Origin: Azolla caroliniana | Lineage: Eukaryota > Plantae > Polypodiophyta | Length of the DNA stretch: 64,000 bases | Assembly (NCBI GenBank): GCA_043228905.1 | Contig: JBHGNT010000011.1 | Coordinates: forward strand, 496,001 to 560,000 | Reading direction: 5' to 3' | Shown: one piece after another, positions 47,157 through 61,518 of the stretch | Position numbering within the stretch: the first letter of the stretch is position 1 | Layout: each line of letters starts with the position of its first letter | The notes under the pieces: generated by a model | What the model was told of the DNA's origin: nothing | Databases searched by the model: none | What the model saw: the letters and a program-made list of their open reading frames with translations, nothing else | Made by a program: the position numbers and the translations under genes

Positions 47157-50100
47157 TGTTGAGCGGCAAGCTCAACTGGAGCCGGATCGGTTGAGTAAGC
47201 TTGAGCCGGTGAGCGAGACGGATCGGTGAGCTGGTAAGCAACCGAGCCGGTGAGCTGGGGAGCCGGTTAGCCGGATCCATCAGTAACCGGGAGCCTAGTA
47301 ATAGCTTAGATTACTAGGTAATTATTGTCTCAGAATTAGTGTCAGACGAGGACTTGTATAAATAGTGATGATAAGCACGTTGTATACACACAGAGTATTT
47401 ACATAATTCTTTTAATAGAGTTTTCCTGTTCTACTCTCACTCTGTCTCTCCCGTGTACACTCTGTATCAAACCTTCTTTCTGTCTCTGTTGCTTATACCT
47501 GTGTTGTTGTCTTACGCTTCCACATGCATCTACGTCTTCACATGGTATCAGAGCGCGAGGGTTGAGAACCTCTGCAGCCGACATTCGCTTTCGCAAAGCA
47601 AACCCTAACAGGTCGTAAGAACAGTAGACAGAGAAAAAATATGGACAGAGGAATGACTAGCTCACTTCTAGTGGAGAAGCTCAACAGATCCAACTACGCA
47701 TTTTGGTCGTACAAGATGCACCGGTACCTACTTGGGCATGGCTACTGGAGTTTCGTCGAAGGAGCAAACGACACAGCACCTGATGTGGCACATAAGGACT
47801 TCCCAGTGTGGGAACAATCGGCAAGCAGAGTAATGTATTGCTTTGCGTCCAGTGTTGGAGACCAACTACTGAGCCATATCCGAGATGCCAAGACGCCGAA
47901 AGAGGCTTGGGGAAACCTGAAAAAGGTTTTCACTGCAAGCACCACAACATGAAAGCTGCAACTCAGATAGGAGTTGAACAATGTCCAACAAAAGGACATG
48001 TCGGTGGCAGATTACACGGCCCGGATCAAAGAGATCTGTGACTCGCTTGCCTCTATCAACGTCATTGTAGAGGAAGACGAGATGGTGCAGGTCTGTCTTG
48101 GGGGCCTGGCGTCTAAGTTCGGAGCTTTTCGGACAGCAGTTTGTACAAGGGAGAATACGTCGTCATTTTTCGACTTACAGTCGATGCTCCTTGTAGAGGA
48201 GAACCATGCCGGTGTGTCAACTAGTGCACCCACTAACAGTCGGATGCTATACACGGGAGCGGATCGGCCCCGTGGCGTGGTGGACGAGGCGGGTCAACAC
48301 GCAATGGAGGAGGCCAGCAAGAGTAGGAATGGCGGCACAGAGAACGTGTTGACAGTAGTTCCGGACCCTCCACAAGCTGGGGGAGTCAAGGCGGTGCCAA
48401 AGGCCGGCAAGAGAAAACCGCCACGGAATGCTGGTATTGTGGCAAAGAGGGCCACAGAGAAAGCGAGTGCTGGGAGAAGTGTGCCGATTCGGACAAATCT
48501 GGATCCGGCAAGGCCAGTAAGGAGAGCCGGCACAGCTCACACTACACGAAGGGATCGGGAGGATCCAATAACGGTAAGGGGCCAGTCCTCGTGATGAAGT
48601 ACAAGGCTAACTCGATGAAGAAGACCACTTCCAAATTGGAGGAAGTATGGTATGTTGATTCCGGTGCTTCAAACCACATGACAAGCCACAAAGAGTGGTT
48701 CTCTTTCTTAGAGAAACTGGATCAACCGAGAGTTGTCGAAATCGGAGACGACACTCCTCACCCAATCGTGCATGTCAGTGAAGTCCCTTTGAGCCACGTC
48801 GGACAGAGGGGGAAGCTGATGAACGTGTTACACATTCCGACAATCACGAAGAACCTGGTGTTGATAGGGCAAATCGTCGACCAGCGAATGCAGGTGCGGT
48901 TTACGCATCTCGAGTGTTTCATCGAGGAGGAGGGACATATCATTGCACAAGGGCACAGAGACGGGAGGATGTTCATCCTCAACACCAATGACATCGGCAC
49001 TGCATTGTTTGCCAAAGGATAGAAGGTCGAGTCGGATATCGACCTGTGGCACAAGCGGATCGACCATGTCAATTACAGGAGGCTTCAAGACCTGCAAACG
49101 AAACAAGTTGTTCTTGGTTTGCCGAAGTTCAGTGGCCGGAAGGCCCCAATATGTGAAGCTTGCCAACTCGGGAAGCAACATTGGCTTCCATTCCCCAATG
49201 AACGAAACCGGAGCCGAAACAAGCTCGATGTCATCCATTCAGATGTATGAGGACCGGCACAAAACGTTAGTATTGGCGAGAGTCGATATTTCGTCTCCTT
49301 CATCGATGACTATACGCAGCATACATGGATCTACATCATTGAGCGGAAGAGCGAAGGATTCGAGTGTTTATGGAACCTAAAGAGCATGGTTGAACGGGAA
49401 TTGGAGAGGAAGATCGAATGCCTGCGGTCGGATGGCGGAAAAGAGTAATTTTCCGGCCAATTCAACAGTTATTTGCAGCAAAAGGGAATTCGACGAGAGT
49501 TCAGCTACAGATACACACCGGAACAACACGGTGTGTCCGAGAGGAAGAACCGGTCGCTCATCGATGCGGCAAGGGCAATGCTGGAAGAGAAGAGCATGCC
49601 CAAGTTCTACTGGGCTGAGGCGGTACGGATGGCCGTCTACATCCAGAACCGGATCGGTGATAAGGTGTCAGCTCTCGAGCTGTATTTTGGGTGCAAACCG
49701 AATTTGAGGCACCTTAGGATATTCGGTAGCTTTGCATATGTGCATGTGCCGGATGAGAAGCGGAGAAAGTTGGATGCTAAGTTGGAGAAATGCATCCTAG
49801 TCGGCTACTCGAGTGAGAAAAAGGGTTATAAATGTTATAACCCCAGTACAAAGCAGTTCTGAGTTAGCCGGGATGTAGAGTTTGATGAGACGACATCGTG
49901 GTATGCCTTACCGGCTCCGACTTCCGACCCCGACCCAATGCCGAAGGATGAGGCTAGTGAGCCTGAACCAACCCAGGTAGAGGATGATGAAGCGGGGACT
50001 CTTGATGAGAGTCTGGAATCGTTTCGGCTAAGCGGTCCGAATGATAGACTCAGTCAATTTCACCAGTCGGATGATGAGACGGTGAGTAGTGGAGACTCTG

Positions 50101-51460
50101 TCGTGCTCTCCTCGCGCAAGGAACCGAGGAGACAGTTCACGCGCAAGGAAAAGGGGAAGAAGAAGATGCTGGAACATGCAACCGGCAACGATGAGTCAGA
50201 TCGGAGTGGATCCGACTCTGAAAAGGAAGAAGACGGATCTTCGGCAATGAAGACCGAACTGGCCAAGAAGGGCCCTACATCGGGTAATGATAAGTTACGC
50301 CGATCTACCCGCCAAAAGAACCCCGTGAAACGGTACGGATACAATGAATACATGGCGCATCATTATGCGTACATGACCAAGGTGGCTGAAGTGCGTGAGC
50401 CGGAGAGCTACACAGAAGTGGCAAAGGACGCAAATTGGCATGCCACTATGGAGGAAGAAATGCGGACACTCGATGCCAATGAAACTTGGGACCTGGTTGA
50501 CCCTCCTCGTCACTGTAAACCGATCGGATGCAAGTGGGTGTACAAGGTAAAGTACAACGCCGACGGTTCAGTTAACCAGTACAAGGCCCGATTAGTGGCG
50601 AAGGGATACGCGCAGACTCACAGAATCGACTACAACGAGACCTTTGCTCTGGTAGCGAAGATGACGACGGTTCGTGCAGTGCTGGCGGTTGTTGCGGCAA
50701 GGGGGTGGCATCTTCATTAGATGGATGTGAAGAATGCATTTCTTCAAGGCGATCTTGAAGAAGAAGTCTTTATGACTCAACCCCTCGGTTTTCAATCGGA
50801 GATGAACAAGTCGGCGGTATGCTGGTTGAAGAAGCCACTTTACCGATGGGATCGGCAATTTCTTTGCCTTTCCCCGTTTCGGTGTCTTTGCCCCTTCTCC
50901 CCCTCAAGTGCGGCACGTCGAGATGTGGAACACCAAAAATTTCGGTGAAGTGCTGCAACTTGTCCGATCCGAGCAGTTTGGTGAAGATGTCAGCCACTTG
51001 TTGATCCGTGTGAACATACCGTAGTTCAACTTCACCGCTCAGGACCCGCTCACGTACGAAGTGGTAATGCACTTCGATGTGTTTTGTGCGAGCATGGAAC
51101 ACAAGGTTCTTGGTGAGCTGTATGTTGCTCATGTTGTCACAATATATCGGGATCAGGGTCGGGACCTCGATCCGCAAGTCTCGCAGCAGTCACGGTAGCG
51201 CCCTAGTACTGAGCCTCAGTGCTCGACAGAGCCACTGTTGGCTGCTATTTGCTACTCCATGCAAAAGCCGCGCTACCAAGGGAAAACATATATCCGGAAG
51301 TGGATCGGCGATATGATGCATCGTCGGCCTAGTCGACATCGGTGTAGCCAACTAGCTCTTCAGTTATACCATGCTGGTATAACAGGTCCCGGTCCTTCGT
51401 GTCGCTGACATACCGCAATATCCGATGCACGCACTGAAGGTGTTCCATGGTCGACTTCTG
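47157..51460 (+). mobile_element. Copia element related to the 31075 family, inserted in the Gypsy 5' LTR; 3' part inverted and truncated
   Basis: LTR 47157-47542 and PBS tggtatcagagc. Gag/PR/INT/RT run to 'LKKPLY' at 50843; the RNase H part is on the minus strand at 50844-~51460. Confidence 0.9.
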
Positions 51461-53353
51461 CCATCTGAGTCTATCACAGACTTTAGCTTACATTTCCAGA
51501 TTCTACGGCAAAAATTAGAAAGAGTCCCAACAGAGGATGAGGCTCACGAAATATTTCTCGCAGCCTTGCGACGGCCTATACGGACTACCCTTAACAACAA
51601 TAGTGTGAAAGGAGAGACAGCAGATATGGTCATAAAACGAGCGTTATAACTTGAGCTCAATGAGGAGGAAGAAGTCTTTTCTATGTCCTCATTACGGCAA
51701 GCGTTACCTCAGGACGAGGAATGCCATTTCCGACAAGCAATTCAATGTACCATTTGTCTCAATTCTGGGCACTCTGCGGTGGATTGTAACATGTAGATAT
51801 ACTGCCCAATATGTCACTCAAAAGCCCATACAGTGGAGCAGCGCAAATATAATATGCTTAACAGACCTACGCCGGCAGTAAGAAGCGTAGACACACAGTA
51901 TCTCCACGCCATAATGACCAGCGATGCCAATCAGAACGACCCAAGTATACGGATCGTAATAGACGCGAGGAACGACAGTACCGGAATCACCGGAATTACA
52001 ATGATTCCGAGGATGAAGAGCAGGAGGAGGAATACTAGAGTAATCGCCGCTATAATAAGAACGACCACCGATATGACAACCATTGGTCGACCAACAAGCG
52101 TGGTGGTTTTAATGAACCTCATGAAAATTATCGTCAGTATCGAGATCAATGACGATACGAGGAGAGCTCAGATGATGACCGTCACCAGGACTTGCATAGG
52201 GACCAAGCCCAGACACCTCGCAATGACAGACGTCTCAAACAAGACCAGTAGGAGCAAGAGGAGCAAAGGGAAAGGCATATGTCGCCCGCTGCAGCAAAAG
52301 GGGAGTCCAGCGTCCATTGCTTCGTGTGCAACCAACCCGGACATTACGCTACGCAATGTCCTCTCCGCAAGGGTAAGGGCTCAGTTGTCAATACTATTTC
52401 AGCGGAAGTTCAACAGGTTACAACAAGGGAGTAAGCGAAGAATGCGGATTGGGCCGCAGAGGACAAACTGTGTAGGACGGCCAAAGCATGGGTTGAAAAG
52501 GCAAACGCGGCTAATGCGGAGCACATGAGGCAAGAGTCCGCACAACAATTCGGTCCAATCGAGGAGGACTTCGGATCCCCGGATCCCATATGGCAAGCAT
52601 TGGCTGGCTGTGAAGTCACATTGGCAATGGAGAAACTACTACAGTTAGTTGCACGATTCCACTGCACTATCGAGGACCGCATAACGGGACGACCCAGTAT
52701 AAGCATCTCCACTAATTTTACGGATACTAGTGACGGACCCACGGTAGTGGACCATAACAATCTACCTATCAGGTTGGTTCTTCAGGGGCAGGAAGTCGTA
52801 GGATGCATAATCGATGGGGGATCTGGCGTAAATGTGATTAGCGCAAAAACATGCGAATAACTGGGCATCTCAGAATGGGAAGCTTGCCCATTTTGGCTTC
52901 GCATGGCGGATACCCGCTCGGTTCGACCCTTAGGATTAATCTGAAAATTGGGTATCATCATTGGAGGACATCGCTTCGAAATTTCGGCAGTAGTGCTTGC
53001 CCTCAACGCTCCGGGGGCATATCCAATGCTACTGGGAAGACCCTGGCTCCGATCGGCAAACATCAAGCAAAGTTGGAAACACAACTATATCAGCTTCCGG
53101 CGAGGACGCGCCAAGGTTCACGTCCCAACAGAGGAATTAGCGGCGCAACTGAAAAACATAACACCGCTATACGCTGAAGATATAAATATGCTAAAAGGCG
53201 TGGACGATGCGGAGTTAGACGCGTATCTGGAGAAGCATTCAAGAATCATCCCACTATTTGAAATTGACGTAATAGAGACCGCAGCAAACTAAGTTACGCA
53301 TACTACGGGCCTAGAAGAGGCGTATGAGCTAGACCCGGCGTCAATAATGGAAT

Positions 53354-54137
53354 CACATTATGCTCTTCCTGTTGGTGATTGGTTGAGGCAAAATCAGCAA
53401 TATGCTTGTGGAATGCATTGTGGTGAATCTACGGAATCTATTTTGCATTTGTTTTGGATGTGTCCCAAAATCAAGCAATTCTGGAGTAAGTTGTTTTTAT
53501 TACTAAGAAACCACTATGCTCGTTCTACTTTCTCATGGGGTGCAGTATTATGGGGTGTCCTTCATGGAGATGTTATGAATTACGAACGTATGCATGCTTC
53601 TCATGTTTTTTACTTTTCCAATGGGTACATCTATCTCACTTCATTTCCATCTGTTATTCCTCGGTTTAGAACTGAAAATCTGGTTATTTGGCGTACTGTT
53701 ACGTCACTAGCGCTGTGGACAATATGGAAAATGAGATGCGATGCTGTTTTTAATAATGCTCACATACATCTCAATAATATGCTTATTGAATTCTGGTGGT
53801 TATTTGTCCACACCATACGTGGACAATATGATGATTTGCAGGGTACAACTGATGCTCAAAGGCAACGTCAAGTGGACTTTAAGAAACGGTGGCGAGGGCT
53901 TCACTTATTTTCAGATACGTCTCCTAGTATGAAGTGGAATTATTCCATTCCTCCTTTTTTATTGCATAGCTTGTAGATGGTGTTCCATTTGTTCCTATTG
54001 TGATATCATCTGTATCATCAGATGTTGGTATTAGGTTTTGTATTACAATAGAGGTGAGATGAAATGTCTCCCTCTGTTTTCTATATGTACATTTCTCAAG
54101 TAATTTACTAAGGTGTATCTTTTTAACAAAAAAAAAT
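53354..54137 (+). mobile_element. 5'-truncated L1-type LINE
   Basis: zf-RVT 'CGMHCGESTESILHLFWMC' and 'LWTIWKMRCDAVFN'. Poly(A) at ~54128-54136, 11-bp TSD aataatggaat (53343-53353 / 54138-54148). Confidence 0.9.
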
Positions 54138-57100
54138 AATAATGGAATTAAGCAGGGCACGGGAGGCCTTCGAGAAAGAAATGGAGATTTCTCGAAGAGT
54201 CACAGCCTCAGCATTAGAAGAGGTCAACATTGGAACATCAGCAAAACCACGACTTCTGTCCATAGCGAAGGAATTATTGCCGGATTAGAAAAAGGCAATG
54301 ATAGCGCTACTCACGGAATATGAGGATGTGTTCGCTTGGTCACACGAGGATATGAAAGGGTTAGATCCAAAATTCTATCAACATAAGATCAACCTAGCGT
54401 CTGATGCGAAACCCGTGCAGCAACGGCGATATCGAATGAACCCAAATTATGCGGCTCGAGTAAAAGAAGAAATTGATAAACTCCTCAAAGTTGGATTCAT
54501 TCAACCTGTCAAACAACCAACATGGCTCAACCCAATAGTAGTCGTACCCAAGAAGAATGGGAAAATTCACGTGTGCATCGACTACCGAAAATTGAACGTC
54601 GTAACGGTGACCGACACATTTCCACTACCCTTCACCGACAGCGTTCTGGATGTCGTCGCTGGACATGACATGTATAGTTTTTTAGATGGATTCAGTGGAT
54701 ATAACCAAGTACGCATGTATCCTAACGACCAGGAGAAGACAGCGTTTGTCACCGACTGGGGAGTCTATGTCATAGTAGTTATGATGTTCGGACTTAAGAC
54801 ATCACCCACAACATTTCAAGGGACGATCACGGAAATTTTCAGGGAATATATACTTGCCTTCATGCAGGTCTTTTTAGATGATTTCGCAGTATATGGGACC
54901 ACTACCGAACATTTCCAACACCTACGGTTGTGTTTGGAATGTTGCCGAGTTGCACGCTTAAGCCTAAATCCCGCTAAATGTGCCTTTAGCGTCACCAGTG
55001 GCACCCTACTCGGCCATATTGTAAGCAAAGAGGGAATAGCGGTAGATCCGAATAAAATCTCTGCAATCATTCAGGCAAAGACGTCGGCGAATACGCAGGC
55101 ACAGTCGGATGATACGCTACCTAGCGGATTTTGCGACACCATTACACGTGGTCATCCACCGTACTTCCTTTAAATGGACGATAATAGAAGACAAGGCGTA
55201 TGAAGCACTCAAAGTTATGTTGACACAGGCACCGGTCATCCAACCACCGGATTGGGTGAAGCCATTTCACATGTTTGTGGACGCCTCCAATATAGCGATC
55301 GGGAGTGCACTGATGCAGCTCACAAAGCCCTACTAGTACTGCCCAGTATACTACGCTAGCAGAAAACTATCAACGGCGGAACAGAACTATTCTACGATGG
55401 AGCGTGAAGTATTGGGAATGATATATAGCATCAACAAATTTAGGCATTATCTGTTGGGCTGAAGATTCACGTTCCATGTGGACCACGTGACTAGGAAGTT
55501 GGCTAGATGGATGATGTTACTACAAGAATTCGATTTTGTCATTCAGCATGGACCTAGGACGCAACATGCGATAGCGGATTTTTTGAGCAAGTTGAATAAT
55601 GGGGAAAAGGTAGCAAAGGATGATGACGATTTCCCGAATGCAGACATTCTACGGGTAGTATCGGTAGAAACTTGAGCGGAGAAAAGTTTCCCGAATCGGT
55701 GGTTGATGGAAATGATGTATTTTCTGACCACGGGGTTGCCACCGCCGCAATTAAGGATGGATGAGAAAAAACGATTGGTCGTCCAGTCGGAACTTCTGCC
55801 TAGTCGGCGACATGTTGTATCACAAAGGCAGTGACGGTATCTAGCGACGCGGAATTTGCCAAGATGAGAAGGAAGCGACGCTATGCGAAGCCCACTGTGG
55901 TACGGCGGTAGGCCATTACACGGGCGATGTTACGGCCTGAAAAATTTGGCAAGCAGGCTTGTGGTGGCCAACTATGTAAAAGGATGCGTACGAATACTGT
56001 AAATAGTGTGATTTGTGCCAATGAATGGGTCAGCCCACGGAGGTAGAAAGAATGTCACACCAACCGGTATTGCCGCTGGACCCATTTCAGAAGTGGGGGC
56101 TGGATTTTGTTGGTCCTGTCACACCAGCCACAGCTCACACGGGGAATAAATACATATTGGTGGCCACATACTATTGCACCAAGTGGGTAGAAGCAAAAGC
56201 ACTACGGGAAAATATGGCGGAAGTCACGGTGAAATTTCTCTACGAACACATTTGGTGTTGGTTCGGATGTCCAATCAAACTCGTCAGCGACCAAGGAATT
56301 CACTTTCTCAATTCAGTGGTGCGGGAACTGACGCAACATTACCCCGTGGTTCACAAAAAGAGTACGCCATATTACCCTCAGGCCAATGGGTTGGCGGAAT
56401 CCACGAACAAAACATTACAGAACATACTGAAAAAGATAGTCAATGAGAATCAAATGGACTGGGATACCAAATTATATAGCGCGTTATGGGCGTACCGCAC
56501 TAGTTACAAGACAAGTATTCAATCCACGCCTTTCCGGTTGGCGTACGGACTCGAGGCGATCATGCCCACGGAGTTTCAGGTACCGAGTCTACAGATTCAA
56601 ATACGGGAGCGGTTAAACGAAAATCAGTCAAAACAAATACGGCTGCAATAGCTGCTAGAATTAGGCGAAGCACGACTACACAGCATGGCTGTATTGGAGC
56701 AAGCAAGAACAGCGGCAGCGGAAAGCCTTTGTAGACCGGCATCGGAAGACGCGAGAAAAGGATTTTTCAGTGGGAAAAGCGGTGTTAGTTTTTCGGACAC
56801 GAATGGGACAAATGCCGAGGAAATTACGATTCCACTAGACAGGCCCATGCTGGATAGTGGGAACAGAAAATGGAACATTTCAGCTAGGCACTCTAGCCAG
56901 GGAAGTACTGCGGCAAAAGGTAAATGGGTTTCGATTAAAACCTCATTTTGGGCCCACGCCACCAAACTCGTTCCCTGCCAAACAAATCAACGCCGAAGAA
57001 TCCACGCATTAGGCAGGGGGGGGGGGGGGGGCACGTGTACTATAGTGTAAAAAGTAAGTGTAACAGCCATATTGTACTACCTGTTACAAATGAAAAAAAA

Positions 57101-57401
57101 AAAAAATTTAAAAAGGGGGAAGATAGTAATGTTATTAAAGGACTTAATGCATGCACATACTCCTAGAGCAAGAACACATGGCACCACGATGGCACAAAGA
57201 TCAGTGAACCCTAGGCCACAAAAAGAAGAGAATAGAAGGTTTTCTGCACATTACAGAAAACGACCCTCAGCTCTTACCTTCTCCCTCTCACCTCACTCTC
57301 ATCGCTCTTCTCACTCCCCTCGCTCTCCCTCGAATCTCAAAGCTCGAGTCGGCCTAACACAGTAGACCCCACCCTCTACTCACGAGCCTTCCCCTCCTAC
57401 G

Positions 57402-60030
57402 ATGCCGATAACCATTTCTGCCACCCTTCGCAGATGGCTCCTTGAGAAGCGACTGGACAGTTACATTAAAGTCGTTGAAGCACTTGCACATCCAGAAGCT
57501 TTAGAAATCGTTAAGAAACTCAACATTGGTACAATCACCAACGCCACCATCCAGAAGAAGCTAGACTTATCATCCCTTGGAGAGAAACATTTTGACATTC
57601 CCCCGGTGGAGGATCTGCAGAAATACTTCGGCAAATATTCGACATCTGCCAAAGCTTTCAGAATGAAGGATATCCCTGATCCTTTTTTTAGGGAAATCGG
57701 CAGGTTCTTGCTAGAAGTCGGATGCGTGCACGTGAATGCTTACGGCATGTCAAAGCAGAAGGCTGGTATCATCATTGATACCTTTGAAGGGCATGTGGTT
57801 GATTGGAGGTAATCACGGGGCCTACACGTGTATCAATGCTTGCACGCGTATCAAGGCAGAAAGAAAGTACAGCCAATCATACAACAGTATCTAACGATAT
57901 TATTCCCACCCCGAAGTCTGCCTACACCACAACCAAGCAAGCCTACACCACCACGTTCCGTTAAACGGCGGTTAGCGGAGTTCGTTACCGCGGAATGGGA
58001 CGACGAACCACTGTCGTCCCAGCAAGTCATCCAGGAACCACAGGGACACCAACCGACAAACAGGGAGGAAGCTACACATGAGCAGGAAGCTGACCAGCGA
58101 CAAGGGAGCCCAAGGCCGAAACGGCGTAGACTCGATCGAAAGGACGGGCGCGGACTAGTCAAGGATACAACCACTGACACAAACATGACCACCATGGGTG
58201 ATAAGTCCATCGCATCACAACCCTCCACCACGTTCGAAGCAATACGAGAGTCAAGACCGATTCTTACGACCCAATCCCAGCGGGGCAAAAGTGTACTCAC
58301 AACGGAAAGCGAAGTCCTTGCATACCCGGATATTCCGGATCCGGCCCATGAGTTCAGTGCACTACTCCAATTCGGCACTACTTACGAACTCATGGAGTTT
58401 AGGGCGACACAACAAATAAAGGTGTCGCAGTGTATGGCAGAGGAGCACGCGGAGCAGCAGATGATTGAGCGGGCCCTCACGCACACAGCGGAATGTGAGG
58501 ATGAAGAACCCCTCACCAAAGTGGGAAGAAAAAGAAACGTAGGAGTCTGTCGGGTGGGAATTGAGTTACCCCCACTTAATGCGGCCCTCGTGGAAGTGCA
58601 CAGGGAATTGGCAAAGGCCACTATAGGTGCTAAGGACATGGCGATGAAGAACAAAAATGTCTGGAAGGCGGTCAAACAGACCCAAGAAGAGCTACAAAAG
58701 GCCAAGGAATGCATTGCAGAGCTAGAGCAAGGCGTTACCTCAGCACCACAAATAAGGGGATCAATGGATAACACTGACGCCCCACAGGTCCTACGCGAAG
58801 AACTGGAAGCACAAATCATTATTGCCGCAAAAGCTAAGAAAGCTGCCCAGCTAGCAGAATCGAAGATAGATCGTCTCCGCTCCGAGCTCCGCCAATCATC
58901 GGATAGAGAAACAAACATCGGGGCAAAGGGGCGCAATGCAATAAAAGCCTTAGAAGAAAAGCTGAGAGCAGAGGAAAAAGCTCATGCCATAACCAAAGAA
59001 GAAAAAGGCAAACTCCAGGAGGAATTTAGCAAATTACAAACGGTAAACACAGGACTGCGCGAGCTGTTGGACAAGAAGAAAGTGTGGTACGAAGAACAAC
59101 TGACAAAGGAATGGGAGTTGCTACGCCAAGAGGAAGTTCGCCTAAGAAAGGAAATGAGCCGCATGGAAGAGCTACATTCAAAAGAGTCAGAGATATGGGC
59201 AAAAATGAAAAGTCATTATGAAGAGGCAGTCGTAGTCAACAAGCGTAAAATTGAAAATCTCAAAAAAGCACTCGACAAAGCACAGATTCGCTCCCAAGCC
59301 ATCACGGACAAAGTGCGGGAGAGGTTTACGACGAAACTCAAAACAGCTTTAGACAAGGGATGGACGGTATGGGCAACGCAAGCAGCGGAACTACACATAT
59401 ACCGTGCAAATGGGGAAAACCGGCGGAAAGAAGGACGCGGCTCAATGATGAGAGCGTTGCGGATGTACGAACGGAGCTCGCACGCGATTATCAGGCGCTC
59501 GCAGACCAGTACTCTAAGGAGCTCTCACAGCTACTAGAAGAGTTCGGCGAAAGTCAACATGACATGTTTCACCGGATCATGGAAGCAGGTAGCACACGGC
59601 CAAGCGAGGAACCTATAATGGTGCCAGACAATGACTTGGCCGAACAAGAAGAGCCACTGCTCAATACGCCAGAAATTACGACTACGGCCAACAATACCGA
59701 AGAAAATACAAACACCACAAATATGCAGCCTATCTAGACCGCACAAACAGAAGGGCCAGATACGGTCGAAAGAGATGAGCTAGGCAGGACAGGTCCAACT
59801 ACCCAAACAGAAGGTGCCGACACGAGTACCCCCATGGCAACCGAAAGAGTGCAGGATGCGCAACAATTGGAGGAGGTGCCAATGAACATTAACGACATGG
59901 GACCCCCCACGACGACCAAACATGAGGAAGATGTACGGATGAACTTCGCCTATGAACACAACACTAGGTCCGGACCACAGCCAACACCTAGAACCGACCA
60001 TTTTGGATATTTTGGAGGACGAATAGAAGG
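57402..60030 (+). pseudogene. Extra ORF 3' of pol (globular N-terminus, long coiled coil, low-complexity tail)
   Basis: ORFs 57402-57812, 57828-59537 and 59360-59737 are linked by frameshifts. E/K/A-rich heptad-like region ~58600-59350. Confidence 0.65.
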
Positions 60031-61232
60031 GTGGGTCCGACGTGCCATGGCACTGTCCCACAAGCATGCTAGGTGTTGTCCGCCAGAAGAGTAACCGAAG
60101 GACAAGGAGCGTATAATATAAAAATATATATTACGAAACGTTTGGAAAGAATGTAACGGCTCACGCAAGTGGTGTGAGTGACTGAGCAACATGTGTATAG
60201 CATGTGTATATAAACAGTAGAAATCCTATGTTAAAGGGTGCATGTAATTTTGGAGAGTGAAAGGCCTTTTTGATTGGAATAGAATACTATCTTCTCTGAA
60301 GTATTGTGTCTGTTTAGTTTTCATTTACTGCTGTCTGCTCCATTCATAAGTATCGTAGCTAAGCGTAACGTACGCACGCAGTTTGTGCACTAAGGAGTTG
60401 GTTGTAGCCATCTCTTCCCCCTTACACTATAGGATACGCTAAGATATCCGCTCATGACCTACGATTACCCTTCCGCGCAACGCAATCACCTTGGTGTCTA
60501 CCTCGAAGGACTGAGCGTAGACAAGTGTTCCTAATCGGTAACAATATGTAAGTACAATATATTTCATATCTAACGCAAAATGGTATGTTGAGGCAAGTAA
60601 CTCCTAGATATACCCTTGAATGGAATGATGTACATTGTAGATGAACAAAAACAATTTGGCATATATTAACACAAGAGGCCATGATGATGTTTGACATGAA
60701 TATGCCTAAGAAGTTTTCACATTAATAAACTAAATGCCCACATATGTGACTGGTAATAATACATCATGCGAATTATTGTTTGGTTAAGTGATGACCAAAC
60801 ACAATTAGTTTGAAAGTTTTTGGTTGAACTCATGAAACAAGTCAAGTGAGAAGTAAGCTTGATGAGAAAGTCACCAATCGTTACATGTTTGTCAAATCAA
60901 ACCATCCATAGTTTCATTAAGCATAGCAAGCACAACAATAGCTGAATATCCTAACACAAATTTACACGGCCTACTTTCATCTGGAAAGTGTGACAAGCAG
61001 TTCTTCACATTCGAGGTTTTAAAGCTCTCATTATGTTAACAACTTTAAACAACATGCAGAGCATGGCAGCTTAAGTAAACTTGTGGTTGATGCTTTTTTC
61101 CACAATTTCTAGCTACAGTTTCTGGCACAACACAACAATGAGAAATCCAATTGAGGTGACTTGAGCAAAATTAATTCTATTGATCACCCAAGCACAGATG
61201 GAAGATGGAAGGGGATCCCAGGAAATCAAGCA

Positions 61233-61416
61233 CCACACATGCAATGAAGAAAAAAAAGACCAAATTTCGATATCCACAATCTCAAAAATCAGGATTTATG
61301 CCTGAAATTATATAATTAGTCAATCCACACATGCAATGAAGAAACAAAAGACCAAATATCGTTCTCCACAATCTCAAAAATCAGGACTTATGCCTGAAAT
61401 TGTATAATTAGCCAAT
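61233..61416. repeat. 92-bp tandem duplication downstream of the glyoxalase gene
   Basis: ccacacatgcaatgaagaaa...tccacaatctcaaaaatcagga...tataattag starts at 61233 and again at 61325. Confidence 0.85.
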
Positions 61417-61518
61417 TGTGTTCAATGTATTCAAAATAAAGGATCGTGTTCCTAACCCAGGAAGTACAGACACCATGGTCAGAGTGCATGTTAGAAAGGA
61501 AGTGTGTACTGCAAAACC

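Larger units (their letters stand above)
47021..60543 (+). mobile_element. Athila-like Gypsy element with an extra 3' ORF
   Basis: 5' LTR start 47021-47156 matches 3' LTR start at 60074. 3' LTR ends taaca at 60543, 5-bp TSD atatg. PR 'IIDGGSGVN', RT 'FLDGFSGYNQV..VFLDDF', RH, INT 'KWGLDFVGP..SDQG..YPQANGLAE'. No extra archaeal-type RNase H seen. Confidence 0.85.
45993..60790 (+). mobile_element. Old AT-rich Copia remnant (45993-47020 plus 60544-60790) split by a Gypsy insertion
   Basis: 'SWFINSG', 'HFGHVSEKHL', 'LEIVHIDV', 'YFITFIDDYSR', 'SDGGGEY', then integrase text resumes after 60544 ('NGMLRQVTPRYT'). Confidence 0.7.
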
